36,461 bases of DNA from Nemertoderma westbladi. Lineage: Eukaryota; Animalia; Xenacoelomorpha. The stretch lies in the NCBI GenBank assembly GCA_032718475.1, contig JAUCBJ010006144.1, forward strand, positions 1-36,461, written 5' to 3'. Each line of letters begins with the position of its first letter. Within the stretch, counting starts at the first letter, position 1. The position numbers were made by a program, and so were the translations under genes. The notes under the pieces are model-generated. The model searched no databases and had not been told where the DNA came from. It saw only the letters and a list, made by a program, of their open reading frames with translations. This document shows positions 22,838 through 35,670 of the stretch, in pieces.

Positions 22838-23167
22838 TGGGTGGGTCTGGGTGGGTCTGGGTCGTTCTGGGTGTGTCTGGGTCGTTCTGGGTGGGTCTGG
22901 GTCGTTCTGGGTGGGTCTGGTTCGTTCTGGGTGGGTCTGGGTGGGTCTGGGTCGTTCTGGGTGGGTCTGGGTGGGTCAGGGTGGTTCTGGGTGGGTCTGG
23001 GTCGTTCTGGGTGGGTCTGGGTCGTTCTGGGTGGGTCTGGGTGGTTCTGGGTCGTTCTGGGTGGGTCTGGGTGGTTCTGGGTCGTTCTGGGTGGGTCTGG
23101 GTCGTTCTGGGTGGGTCTGGGTCGTTCTGGGTGGGTCTGGGTCGTTCTGGGTTTGTCTGGGTGGGTC
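22838..23167 (+). repeat. G/T-rich 10-bp minisatellite (about 33 units)
   Basis: Interspersed variants GGGTGGGTCT, GGGTCGTTCT and GGGTGGTTCT. Confidence 0.95.
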
Positions 23168-23818
23168 GCACGATTTACTGATAATCGAGTTGTTCAAATG
23201 TTCAGCGGTTTTGACCTTGAAGTTCGTTCTCGTAAATGGTTTTACTAATTGTTAATTTTTATTTCTTTTATTTTTACTCCTTTGATCTATTCCATAATCG
23301 AATCGTTTGATTAAGTTTGTCCATCAAAAATTGCATCTCATTTTCCGGTTTTTGCTGACGCTGATACTTTTTATTTCCTGTTATCTAAATTATCTAAATT
23401 TACAGACAAAAAAGCACCAAACTGAATTGTTGATACACCTTGATACAGCCCTGTTACAGATACAGACCTTGTTGATACAGCCCTGATATTAAATGAGATT
23501 ATTTTCATAGAATTTTGTTGAGTTTTGACATAAAAATAATTTGGCATACCCCGACTTCGTCACCTTAAACTACATATAAACGGGATATAAAATTGTCTAA
23601 CGGTTATTCTTACTGGTAGACGTACCTTAGATACATTGGACAACAATATTAGCTTCTGCAGAATTTTACGCTCTTTCAAATGGTATATAATATATATCAA
23701 CATATCTGGTTCGTTAACATTATAAAATTTAAATGCCTTTAACTTATTTTTATTTTTTTCTTCTACTTTTCTTTTTATTTATTTATTTTTCGATTTATAG
23801 TTGAGAGTTGAGAGTTTA

Positions 23819-24295
23819 GAGTTGATCTATATATGTTATGGCCGGTCGTCCACGACTACGCTTTCCATGAGTTGGTTGCCAGAGAAGTAGATCTGGTATG
23901 ACCTCGTCTTTACTTCGCCAGCAGTGCCCACTGAATCTTAATCTGCGTTCACGGAGGGTGGTTGATACAGGTGGTATTGTACCATAAAGCTCGGCGTTTG
24001 TCATGTGTTGTCTCCAGCTGATGTTTAGGGCTGCCCTTAGTATTCTTGTGTAGCAACCATCAATTCGTTGTTCAAGTGATTTAGTCAGTGTCCAGGTCTC
24101 ACCCCCGTATAAAAATACACTTTCCACTGTGGCTCGAAAGAACTTAGTCTTCAGGTGCCTGGAGAGATCTGATTTCCAGATGGTATCCATTTTTGATAGA
24201 GCTACCCAAGCCTTTGCTTTCCTAACCTTTTCCTGGAAGTCATTGACCTTCCTTAGTTGATTATTATCAATGGTTGTCAAGTTTCCATCAACATT
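23819..24295 (-). mobile_element. RTE-like LINE family B, C-terminal fragment
   Basis: ORF 23816-24280 (KAKAWVAL..RATVESVFLYG..LRFSGHCWR..RGRP). Near-identical to 12824-13103 apart from a deletion near 24228. Truncated at both ends. Confidence 0.92.
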
Positions 24296-24352
24296 TACTA
24301 AAACTATAAACTACCTATAAACTACCTATAAACTACCTATATACTATAAACT
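24296..24352. repeat. Short (CTATAAACTAC)n repeat at the LINE junction
   Basis: An 11-bp unit repeated about 4-5 times with degenerate edges. Confidence 0.7.
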
Positions 24353-26212
24353 TATCATTCGAGTTTAAGACCCCCTAGATCAGTTCCTATAATAAAAACT
24401 GCGCATAACACGGCACACTCGTACTGCTTAAATAAACAAACCTTATGTCTATATTTATTACCCTGATATTTTGTTATTTTTCCGGTTATTTTAACCCGAG
24501 GAACAGGAACTAGCCGAGGCTTTCCTGTTCCGAGGGACAAAAAACTTTTTTTTTTTATAAAAAAGTAATAAAATTAAAGAAACAATTAATAAAATCACCC
24601 TGTTAGCAATAATATTAGCGAACGGTTTATAATGTGCGTCAATATATGAACATTGGAACATACTGAGTTATTAGCTAACATTTTCATTTCAATTTATGTT
24701 CTAATAATAATATATATTTTGATGTCGTCTATAATAGACAATATTTTCAGTAATCCTTATTTTAATTAAAGTTGTACAGGTTTTTCTTTGTTACGCGGGT
24801 TGAATTGAGTTATAAAAAGTTTATGATTTATTATAATCCAATAATGTTACTTTATTATATGCGTAAAAGAGATATTTTGCTTTTGTAACTTTAGTTTCGG
24901 TGTGCAGTCCATTAAACGTTTATATGGCATCATCTTTAGAGTCGTAATTTAGTTGTAAAACGTTTAGTAATAAATAGCCTATGTATTCTATGTATTTTAT
25001 AGTTATAGTATAAGTAGTTCAATGTTAGTATCACGTATAGCCAAGGTGAGTAATAGCATGTGTATCAGTTTTAATATCATAAATGTGTTTCTTCTCATAT
25101 TTCTATATTCAACTATTTTTAGAATGTGACCAGTTTTTCTCAGCTTAGATTTCATATTGTAGATATAGAAGTAGTACCCACTGGCTACTACTATAGAGTA
25201 GTATACGTACTTACTGTGTGTGTGCATCAAAAAATAGTGTACCGGTAGACATAAAACCAGGAATATCTTTGTGCTATTTATATTAAAGAGCGCCTTTTCG
25301 ATAAACTAAACACTATATACAACTGTTAACTAATGAGATCAACTTGTTGACATACAGTGAATACTTACTTTCACTTTCATTCATTTTGCATGGCTATGTG
25401 GAAGGAATGCTATATTTATTACAAACTATAGTCTATAAGCCCGATCGGGGTTTTGCTTAATAAAATTACAATCTAAGCATTTTGATAATAAACTTATTTA
25501 AGATTTTGGATCAGTTAACTTTAACTTATATCCTTGGCAGTTTTTATGATCTGTCATCTTAATTTTTAGACATTTCTGCTCAGTTTGCTTGGGTCGCATT
25601 TTAAATTGTAAGTAATTATATTATTAGTCCCCTCAAGCGATTTAAGTAAGGTATTCAACCAAGGACCCAAATAAATTAAACCTAAAAAACAACTGGACCT
25701 AGGTTGCATGCAATCAGTGGTCAGCTAGCGATAGTCAGCTGATCTGTAGGTTTCATCCCTTTCGTCGTTTTGGTTAGAATAACATGACACTAACCTTCAG
25801 CTGGAGGCATTCACAAGAAGCCATTAGTCACTAGGAAGTGGGAAGCAGCACCGCAAACTTGCGTAAATCACGTTTCTGCTTCTTTTTTACTTATTTACTC
25901 GCTTGAATAATAATATAATTATTAATTTATTAATGTTCCCCCAAGTTTTTACATCAATTTTAAATATATTTTGTATTTTTCTGTTCGCAAATTATTGATG
26001 TACATTTAGTTTGTTACTTAATTGTAAGTTTATAAATTTCTCATTATTCAATAGTTTAAATTTATTTCGATATGCTGTTTTATTCATCAATTTCATAACT
26101 TTAATAATTATTAATTCGTTTATTGTTTTGGTTAGATTTAACCAATTTATCTGTCTGTAACCTGGTTGATTGTGTTGGGGGTGGGAGTAAACTACATAAT
26201 GTATCATATTAG

Positions 26213-27916
26213 CACAGATCCTAGTTAGTATATAACTTACACAGATCCTAGTTAGTATATAACTTACACAGATCCTAGTTAGTATATAACTTACACAGAT
26301 CCTAGTTAGTATATAACTTACACAGATCCTAGTTAGTATATAACTTACACATATCCTAGTTAGTATATAACTTACACAGATCCTAGTTAGTATATAACTT
26401 ACACAGATCCTAGTTAGTATATAACTTACACAGATCCTAGTTAGTATATAACTTACACAGATCCTAGTTAGTATATAACTTACACAGATACTAGTTAGTA
26501 TATAACTTACACAGATCCTAGTTAGTATATAACTTACACAGATCCTAGTTAGTATATAACTTACACAGATCCTAGTTAGTATATAACTTACACAGATCCT
26601 AGTTAGTATATAACTTACACAGATCCTAGTAAGTATATAACTTACACAGATACTAGTTAGTATATAACTTACACAGATCCTAGTTAGTATATAACTTACA
26701 CAGATCCTAGTTAGTATATAACTTACACAGATCCTAGTTAGTATATAACTTACACAGATCCTAGTTAGTATATAACTTACACAGATCCTAGTTAGTATAT
26801 AACTTACACAGATCCTAGTTAGTATATAACTTACACAGATCCTAGTTAGTATATAACTTACACAGATCCTAGTTAGTATATAACTTACACAGATCCTAGT
26901 TAGTATATAACTTACACAGATCCTAGTTAGTATATAACTTACACAGATCCTAGTTAGTATATAACTTACACAGATCCTAGTTAGTATATAACTTACACAG
27001 ATCCTAGTTAGTATATAACTTACACAGATCCTAGTTAGTATATAACTTACACAGATCCTAGTTAGTATATAACTTACACAGATCCTAGTTAGTATATAAC
27101 TTACACAGATCCTAGTTAGTATATAACTTACACAGATCCTAGTTAGTATATAACTTACACAGATCCTAGTTAGTATATAACTTACACAGATCCTAGTTAG
27201 TATATAACTTACACAGATCCTAGTTAGTATATAACTTACACAGATCTTAGTTAGTATATAACTTACACAGATCCTAGTTAGTATATAACTTACACAGATC
27301 CTAGTTAGTATATAACTTACACAGATCCTAGTTAGTATATAACTTACACAGATCCTAGTTAGTATATAACTTACACAGATCCTAGTTAGTATATAACTTA
27401 CACAGATCCTAGTTAGTATATAACTTACACAGATCTTAGTTAGTATATAACTTACACAGATCCTAGTTAGTATATAACTTACACAGATACTAGTTAGTAT
27501 ATAACTTACACAGATCCTAGTTAGTATATAACTTACACAGATCCTAGTTAGTATATAACTTACACAGATCCTAGTTAGTATATAACTTACACAGATCCTA
27601 GTTAGTATATAACTTACACAGATCCTAGTTAGTATATAACTTACACAGATCCTAGTTAGTATATAACTTACACAGATCCTAGTTAGTATATAACTTACAC
27701 AGATCCTAGTTAGTATATAACTTACACAGATCCTAGTTAGTATATAACTTACACAGATCCTAGTTAGTATATAACTTACACAGATCCTAGTTAGTATATA
27801 ACTTACACAGATCCTAGTTAGTATATAACTTACACAGATCCTAGTTAGTATATAACTTACACAGATACTAGTTAGTATATAACTTACACAGATCCTAGTT
27901 AGTATATAACTTACAC
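26213..27916. repeat. Highly homogeneous 27-bp tandem array (about 63 copies)
   Basis: Unit CACAGATCCTAGTTAGTATATAACTTA, with only scattered single-base variants. Confidence 0.97.
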
Positions 27917-28936
27917 TCTGTTTTTCACAAATAACTTAATTATTTTGTTGTCATTAATTGTTGTGCTAAACATAATAACTTCTTACACGAACTGATCATA
28001 ATTCTAATAAGTGCTGTTAGGGTTTGCATTTATACTTTCGTAATAATCATAAAATATATTCTTGCAATGTCTTATAACTATTTACCTATGGTAAATATTT
28101 ACGTATAATATATTTAAATATAACTATTTACCTTTATCTATGATTCAATATACAAAATATCTCTGCAAATGTTATTGCGCACCCCTAAAGCAGCACTCAA
28201 TAGATTATTGTAATGTACTACAATTGTGGAAGCGGAGTTACTGATCGACGTATCGCACCCATGGCAGATTGAGGCTACCAATGCGGCACGGGAAACTTTC
28301 AGTTTCACGAAACAATAAAGGGTTAATAAATGGTATAATAAAGGTTCAAGGTGTCGAAATTTGATGGTAACAATTATATTTGCGATGCAATGTGCAATGT
28401 GTGACCCATATGAACAAATAAATTAAAAATATGAATATAATAATTATTGATTGCGGAGCCGGAGAGTCCCAGCTAACCCAGGCTGAGACAAGGGCCGGCG
28501 AAGTGTAATTAAATCTCGGCGAATTAATATATTGTCTCAATGTAAAATTTTCAAAGGAAAGAAGTAGGTTACAGAGGCTAGAGGCACATTATTCTAACCC
28601 AAACAAATAAACGTAATTAATTTAATATCATAAAGACTATCAATAAAATTACGCGACATAATAAAGTAAAGTTTCATTATATTTTACTTGAAACTTCCGA
28701 CATAACTGTATACTGTTAGGTTGAGCTGATAGCATATTATTACTGTAGTACAGTTGTATCTGAATTTATACTGTATGACAAGCCTACTTCTTGGTTTTGG
28801 GCTTTAGACAGCTCTTGTGTCGCTGTTATAGGAAGGGATCGGTGTTCGATGTGTCGGTGTTGGAACGATTAGAACTGGCAATGTTCTATCAGACAATGTA
28901 CAGACATGAGTGGAAGACAGTCATCTCAGAGTGTTC

Positions 28937-30155
28937 TAGTGCTGCGAACTGAAAGAAAATCTGAATTGTTTCGGTTCCAGTATCAGTTCTAATAAACATG
29001 TTAATTTCAGTTCAAGTTCCCAAAAAAAAATAATTTCAGTTTCAATTCTAATAATCCCATTTATTTCAGTTCCAGTTCCCAAAAAGAAATAGTTTCAGTT
29101 CTAGTTTGTTAACATACATATTACATAACAAGATGTCGTGGCCTATCTTTTCGTATTGATGGCGGTATTGACTTTGAAAGTCACCCACCAATGGATCTGA
29201 CTGCCATTTATTCAACTTTTCATGAAAATAAACGGAATTTTTAGTTGCAAAAAGGTAATTGCCAGGTGCACAATTACGTAATACTTGAAAATAATATAAA
29301 AATTTGAGTAATTTTTTTCAATTCCGAAAATAGGTGCCAGGAACTCCCCATCCTGAAAACTACTGGAGCTATTACAAATTTTATTTACATCATCTGAAAG
29401 AGGACATAATTTTAGTTTGGGACAAGTACGTTCGACGGGCTAGACCTATTGTTCCATGGATTCTAACTAAGAGAAATAACTACGGCCAACTTAATTATAG
29501 AGCTTTGCAGCGATTTGGCTGTTCGTATCTATAGTACTGTAGGTTAGTAGGTCTTGCAACACAATAAAGCAAATTACATTTATTTATTAAAGAAATGAAA
29601 TAGTATTTAAGAACACCAAAAAACGCGAATTATACCATTTGTCGGCCTCCTATATTTATTCCCAATTTAGATTACTAGCTGACAATACCCGGGGCGGGTT
29701 ACCCGGTATTTCCCGATAATTGTATTGCTAGGCCTACATAATGCAGTAGCATTAATGTGCAGGGCTAATTAAAAAAAAACCCGGCCGGTACCGGTACCGA
29801 ACGTGAATTAAACTTTTCGAAAAGTGGCCTATAAACGACCGCTCGTTAAAGTTATATACACACACCATGTCCCAACGCAATCCCTCCACCGGTTTTGGAG
29901 GAGTTTGAGCACAACATAGAGACAGAGAGAGAGAATTTGACTTTTATAGGTATAGAATAGATACTTTCAGTTTTAAATCTTGGACAATTCAGTTATCTTC
30001 TACAGTAGATCCAGCAATTCCAGTATTTAAAGATATAAAGTTTCAGTTTTGAACAAATTAAAGTTTCAGTTTTGAAAAAATTAAAGTTCCAGTTCTCAAA
30101 AATTACCAAAAACAATTTCAGTTCGATTACAGTTCAGTTTCAGTTCGCAGCATGG
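28937..30155. mobile_element. Old MITE with TTCAGTT subterminal repeats and nested insertions
   Basis: TGCTGCGAACTGAAA at 28940-28954 and its reverse complement TTTCAGTTCGCAGCA at 30138-30152. Repeated TTTCAGTT(C/T) motifs at 28970-29101 and 29965-30146. No TSD. Confidence 0.6.
29674..29962 (+). mobile_element. Non-autonomous Helentron/Helitron-like element (HINE/DINE-type architecture)
   Basis: Starts ACTAGCTGACAATACCCGG..ACCCGG. 3' part is AATCCCTCCACCGGTTTTGGAGGAG (hairpin), a (GA)-rich microsatellite, then TTTGACTTTTATAGGTATAGA. Assigned by recalled architecture only. Confidence 0.55.
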
Positions 30156-30361
30156 TCATACAAATACTAACACAACTAACACCTACTGGTGGATCCCAGT
30201 ACTCAACTGGGTACTCTGGGACATAGGGGCAGGGTGCAGGGACTCTTCCTTTGGAAGCGGGATGTCTGGTCACCGTTATGTTTCATTTCTTATTTACAGT
30301 ATGATATCACTCACTTATACTCTGTACAATACATTAATCTCTATAATTGGTATTATCACAG

Positions 30362-30490
30362 GTGGAAATCAACAATGCCATTCTATATATTGCCCAATCA
30401 ACTCCAAATGCGTCCAAGAAGGATACAATCCCGCCCAGTGCATCTGTAATCCTCAGTTCCAGATGGTAAATGGAGTGTGTAAGGAGCGCA
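30362..30490 (+). CDS. Exon encoding an EGF-like domain (multi-EGF extracellular protein, module 1)
   Basis: cag|...|gtaagt, 129 bp, phase 1-1. Translates GNQQCHSIYCPINSKCVQEGYNPAQCICNPQFQMVNGVCKER (6 Cys, CxC). Confidence 0.85.
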
Positions 30491-30662
30491 GTAAGTACAT
30501 GTGTACGCATATACTGTACAGTACTGTAGGCCTAAACGAACGCCGTAAGTACCAGTACACATCTGTATAGATTAGGCCTATAGGCATTAAGGAGTGCAGA
30601 ACCACGCGTCTTCAAAAACAGGTTTGCTCTTTGGTGAATTCAGATTTCTCCCACATGGTAAA

Positions 30663-33600
30663 CAGTAAACCCTTCCACTCTGATTCCTAAAGGAATGCCT
30701 GTTCACCACCATGGGTGATCTTCCACAGTAAACCCTTTCACTCTGTGTCCTAAAGGAATGCCTGTTCACCACCATCACTGATCTTCCACAGTAAGCCCTT
30801 CCTCTCTGTTTCCCAAAGGATTGCCTGCTCATCACCATAGGTAATCTTCCACAGTAAACCCTTCCACTCTGTTTCCTAAAGGAATGCCTGTTCACCACCA
30901 TAAGTAATCTTCCTCAGTAAGCCCTTCCTCTCTGTTTCCAAAGGATTGCCTGTTCACCACCATGGGTGATCTTCCACAGTAAACCCTTCCTCTCTGTTTC
31001 CAAAGGATTGCCTGTTCACCACCATGGGTGATCTTCCACAGTAAACCCTTCCTCTCTGTTTCCAAAGGATTGCCTGTTCACCACCATGGGTGATCTTCCA
31101 CAGTAAACGATTTGTTTCCTAAAGGAATGCCTGTTCACCACCGTGGGTGATCTTCAACAGTAAACCATTCCACTCTGTTTCCTAAAGGAAAGCCTGTTCA
31201 CCACCGTGGGTGATCTTCAACAGTAAACCATTCCACACTGTTTCCTAAAGGAATGCCTTTTCACCACCATGGGTGATCTTCAACAGTAAACCCTTCCACT
31301 CTGTTTCCTAAAGGAAAGCCTGTTCACCACCGTGGGTGATCTTCAACAGTAAACCATTCCACTCTGTTTCCTAAAGGAAAGCCTGTTTACCACCATGGGT
31401 GATCTTCCACAGTAAACCCTTCCACACTGTTTCCTAAAGGAATGCCTTTTCACCACCATGGGTGATCTTCTACAGTAAACCCTTCCACTCTGTTTCCCAA
31501 AGGAATGCCTTTTCACCACCATGGGTGATCTTCCACAGTAAACCCTTCCACTCTGTTTCCTAAAGGAAAGCCTGTTCACCACCGTGGGTGATCTTCAACA
31601 GTAAACCATTCCACTCTGTTTCCTAAAGGAAAGCCTGTTTACCACCATGGGTGATCTTCCACAGTAAACCCTTCCACACTGTTTCCTAAAGGAATGCCTT
31701 TTCACCACCATGGGTGATCTTCTACAGTAAACCCTTCCACTCTGTTTCCCAAAGGAATGCGTTTTCACCACCATGGGTGATCTTCCACAGTAAACCCTTC
31801 CACTTTGTTTCCTAAAAGAATGCCTGTTCATCACTATGGGTGATCTTCCACAGTAAACCCTTCCACTCTATTTCCTAAAAGAATGCCTGTTCACCACCAT
31901 GGGTGATCTTCCACAGTAAACCCTTCCACTCTATTTCCTAAAAGAATGCCTGTTCACCACCATGGGTGATCTTCCACTGTAAACCCTTCCACTCTATTTC
32001 CTAAAAGAATGCCTGTTCACCACCATGGGTGATCTTCCTCTGTAAACTCTTCCACTCTGTTTCCTAAAAGAATGCCTGTTCATCACCATGGGTGATCTTC
32101 CACAGTAAACCCTCCCACTCTGTTTCCCAAAGGAATGCCTGTTCACCACCATGGGTGATCTTCCAAAATAGACCCTTCCACTCTGTTTCCCAAAGGAATG
32201 CCTGTTCACCACCATGGGTGATCTTCCACAGTAAACCCTTCCACTCTGTTTCCCAAAGGAATGCCTGTTCACCACCATGGGTGATCTTCCACATTTATCC
32301 CTTCCACTCTGTTTCCCAAAGGAATGCCTGTTCACCACCATGGGTGATCTTCCACAGTAAACCCTTCCACTCTGTTTCCCAAAGGAATGCCTGTTCACTA
32401 CCATGGGTGATCTTCCACAGTAAACCCTTCCACTCTGAATCCCAAAGGAATGCCTGTTCACCACCATGGGTGATATTCCACAGTAAACCCTTCCACTCTG
32501 TTTCCTAAAAGAATGCCTTTCATCACCATGGGTGATCTCCCACAGTAAACCCTTCCACTATGTTTCCTAAAGGAATGCCTGTTCACCTCCATGGGTGATC
32601 TTCCTCAGTAAACCATTCCACTCTGTTTCCTAAAGTAATGCCTTTTCACCAACATGGGTGATCTTCCACAGTAAACCCTTCCGATCTGTTTCCTAAAGGA
32701 ATGCCTGTTCACCACCATAATGGGTGATCTTCCACAGTAAACCCTTCAACTCTGTTTCCCAAAGGAATGCCTGCCCACCACCATGGGTGATCTTCCACAA
32801 TATACCCTTCCACTTTGTTTCCTAAAGGAATGCATTTTCACCACCATGGGTGATCTTCCACAGTAAACCCTTCCACTCTGTTTCCAAAAGGAATGCCTTT
32901 TCACCACCATGGTTGATCTTCCACAGTAAATCCTTCCACTCTGTTTCCCAAAGGAATGCCTGTTCACCACCATGGTTGATCTTCCACAGTAAACCCTTCC
33001 ACTCTGTTACCTAAAGGAATGCCTTTTCACCACCGTGTGTGATCTTCAATAGTAAACCCTTCCACTCTGTTTCCTAAAGGAATGCCTGTTCACCACTATC
33101 ACTGATCTTCCACAGTAAAACCTTCCACTCTGTTTCCTAAAGGAATGCCTGTTCACCACATGGGTGATCTTCAGCAGTAAACCCTTCCACATTGTTTCCT
33201 AAAGGAATGCCTTTTCACCACCATGGTTGATCTTCCACAGTAAATCCTTCCACTCTGTTTCCCAAAGGAATGCCTGTTCACCACCATGGTTGATCTTCCA
33301 CAGTAAACCCTTCCACTCTGTTACCTAAAGGAATGCCTTTTCACCACCATGGGTGATCTTCAATGGTAAACCCTTCCACTCTGTTTCCTAAAGGAAAGCC
33401 TGTTCACCACCATGGGTGATCTATAGTAAGCCCTTCCACTCTGTTTCCTAAAGGAAAGCCTGTTCACCACCATGGGTGATCTTCCACAGTACACTATTCC
33501 ACTCTGTTTCCTAAAGGAATGCCTGTTCACCACTATCACTGATCTTCCACAGTAAAACCTTCCACTCTGTTTCCTAAAGGAATGCCTGTTCACCACATGG

Positions 33601-34643
33601 GTGATCTTCAACAGTAAACCCTTCCACACTGTTTCCTAAAGGAATGCCTTTTCACCACCAAGGGTGATCTTCCACAGTAAACCCTTCCACACTGTTTCCT
33701 AAAGTAAAGCTGGCTCCAGAAGTCGAGGAAATCCTGCCAAGTACCTAACTGATCTAGACTTTGCTGATGACTTAGGAGTACGCTCAGAATCACTAGAGGG
33801 AGCCCAACGGCTCGTCAGCTCATTAGAACATGCTGCTTCTAGTGTTGGTCTTTTTATTAACTCCGGAAAGACCAAAATTTTGACACTTAACTTTGAAAGT
33901 CTTCAGCAAGTCTCTGATCGGATGAGCATAAGCTCAAAAGATGGTATGCTTGAGCATGTGGACGACTTCTGTTACCTGGGATCATGGATCCGGAAGTCAG
34001 GTGAGGACCTTCGAATACGTAAGGGAAAGGCATGGGCAGCCTTGAATAGGCTTTCCAGTATTTGGAAGTCACCGAGAATTAATCGGAAACTTAAGGTCCG
34101 ATTATTTAGAGCAGCAGTAGTTCCAGTACTCCTCTATGGGAGTCCATGCTGGGCTCTAACTGCTGAGGACATCAAATCTCTGGATGGCACATTCACAAGA
34201 ATGCTACGCCGGGTTCATTGTGTCATGTACAATGCACACATCTCCAACCGGACACTATATAACATTGGAGGTGTCTCATTGGTTCCCCCCAAGCTTGACA
34301 CTAGAACAAAATCGCCTCCGCTTTGCAGGACATTGCTTTCGCCGTGAGGACCAGCCAGTGCATAATCTTGTACTTTGGCAGCCTCATGGAGTGAATAAGC
34401 ATGGTGGACAGCCCATGACTTTCTTGAGACGCATTTTAAAGGACACTGGCCTTGAAGATGCGGATGATCTAGCAAATGTCATGGGTGATAGGGAGTTGTG
34501 GCGGTGCAATTTTGTCGATAAGCCGGCACAGCATTCTTAAAAATGCAGCTGCAATGCAGCATGCCGATCCTAGTAGTAGTAGTAGTAGTAAAGGAAAGCC
34601 TGTTCACCACCAAGGGTGATCTTCCACAATAAACCCTTCCACT
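30663..34643. repeat. Intronic 63-bp minisatellite (about 48 units plus one), interrupted near its end by a LINE
   Basis: Unit CCACAGTAAACCCTTCCACTCTGTTTCCTAAAGGAATGCCTGTTCACCACCATGGGTGATCTT over 30663-33710, resuming at 34589-34643. Confidence 0.96.
33711..34588 (+). mobile_element. RTE-like LINE family A, longest copy (5'-truncated) with TSD
   Basis: DLDFADDL (about 33751-33774), FCYLGSWI and LRFAGHCFRR motifs. (TAG)n tail at 34571-34588. Flanked by TAAAGTAAAGC (33700-33710) and TAAAGGAAAGC (34589-34599). Confidence 0.93.
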
Positions 34644-34882
34644 AAATATACTGTACTGTAGGCCTAAGTTTTTTTAGCAATCATTATAAGTTTTAAATAT
34701 TGTCAAAAAAATTAGATCAATATAATATTTTCACGAATTTCTTCTTCAATTAATATTGTTGTTGAGCTAAATATTTAAAATAAATTAATTGATTTAAGCT
34801 TTTCAGATTTTTTTCAGGGTTTGTTTTTTCATATTTTGTTCACAGTTCTACAGATTTCCATGTGATATCATTTACTTTACAG

Positions 34883-35008
34883 ATCCGTGTTTAACTGCGG
34901 ACTGCGGTAACCAAGCCTACTGCGTAATCCTTAACCCACTGGAATATGAATGTCGTTGTAATTACGGTGAAATGGTTGACATGGTAACACATGAGTGTGT
35001 GCTTGAGA
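34883..35008 (+). CDS. Exon encoding an EGF-like domain (module 2)
   Basis: tttactttacag|...|gtgagt, 126 bp, phase 1-1. Translates PCLTADCGNQAYCVILNPLEYECRCNYGEMVDMVTHECVLE. Confidence 0.88.
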
Positions 35009-35670
35009 GTGAGTAATTAATATACAGTAAATATTCAATCATATTTCCATTAATATAAAAATCAAATCCATGTCCTTTACTTAATTATATATATTTAAAA
35101 TTTATTTTTGACATATATTTTTAAAAACAATATGACAATATATACGACAGTAAATGACAATATAATTTTAATATATTTTTTAGTATTTTTGACAATTAAT
35201 ATATTATGTTTCTACTATGGCACACTTTGTATTTTAATTCAATATAATATTTTTTGACCTAAAAAGTATGGATTGCTAAAAAAAATATTATTGCAATAAA
35301 ATTAATTTTATCGCAATAAAATTAATTTTTCCGCAATGTCTTTGTTTCTGGTGCCATATTTTTCACGCCGCACTTTTAATTTCTTTTTATCTACCGGTAA
35401 ACGTATCTTTTTTTATATTCATTGTTTTTACTTTCGTGTGGAACTATGAATGATTTTAACAATTTTATCGTATCTATACTTTTAACAGGATATTTCTCAT
35501 CAAAAAACTTTATTGAATTAAAATACTAAAAGTATGGCATAATGACAGTCTGTACAGATCATAATGTATCATTTTATACGACTGATTTATTGATATTATT
35601 GATATTAATTTTGTTATATATATATAAATTTTATTTATTGTATTTCGTATTTATTTATTGTTTCTATCAG

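Noticed and set aside
22821-23255. Trp/Gly/Val-rich and Pro/Thr-rich ORFs
   Set aside because: Translations of a stop-free 10-bp repeat in several frames.
17340-26200. TDG carried inside a TIR transposon starting at 17340
   Set aside because: I found no matching inverted terminus downstream in the window, no TSD and no transposase. It is kept only as a hypothesis in the findings.
26213-27916. CRISPR-like array
   Set aside because: Head-to-tail identical units with no unique spacers, no cas genes, and a eukaryotic context.
30663-33710. Hammerhead ribozyme in the satellite unit (minus strand CTGTGGA..hairpin..GAA)
   Set aside because: The core CUGANGA is not matched and stem II does not close next to a GAAA.
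30587-33793. Repetitive 21-aa ORFs (GRVYCGRSPMVVNRHSFRKQS) as a zinc-finger-like protein
   Set aside because: These are translations of a 63-bp satellite, broken by frequent stops and indels. The Cys/His spacing does not fit C2H2, and they lie antisense within an intron.
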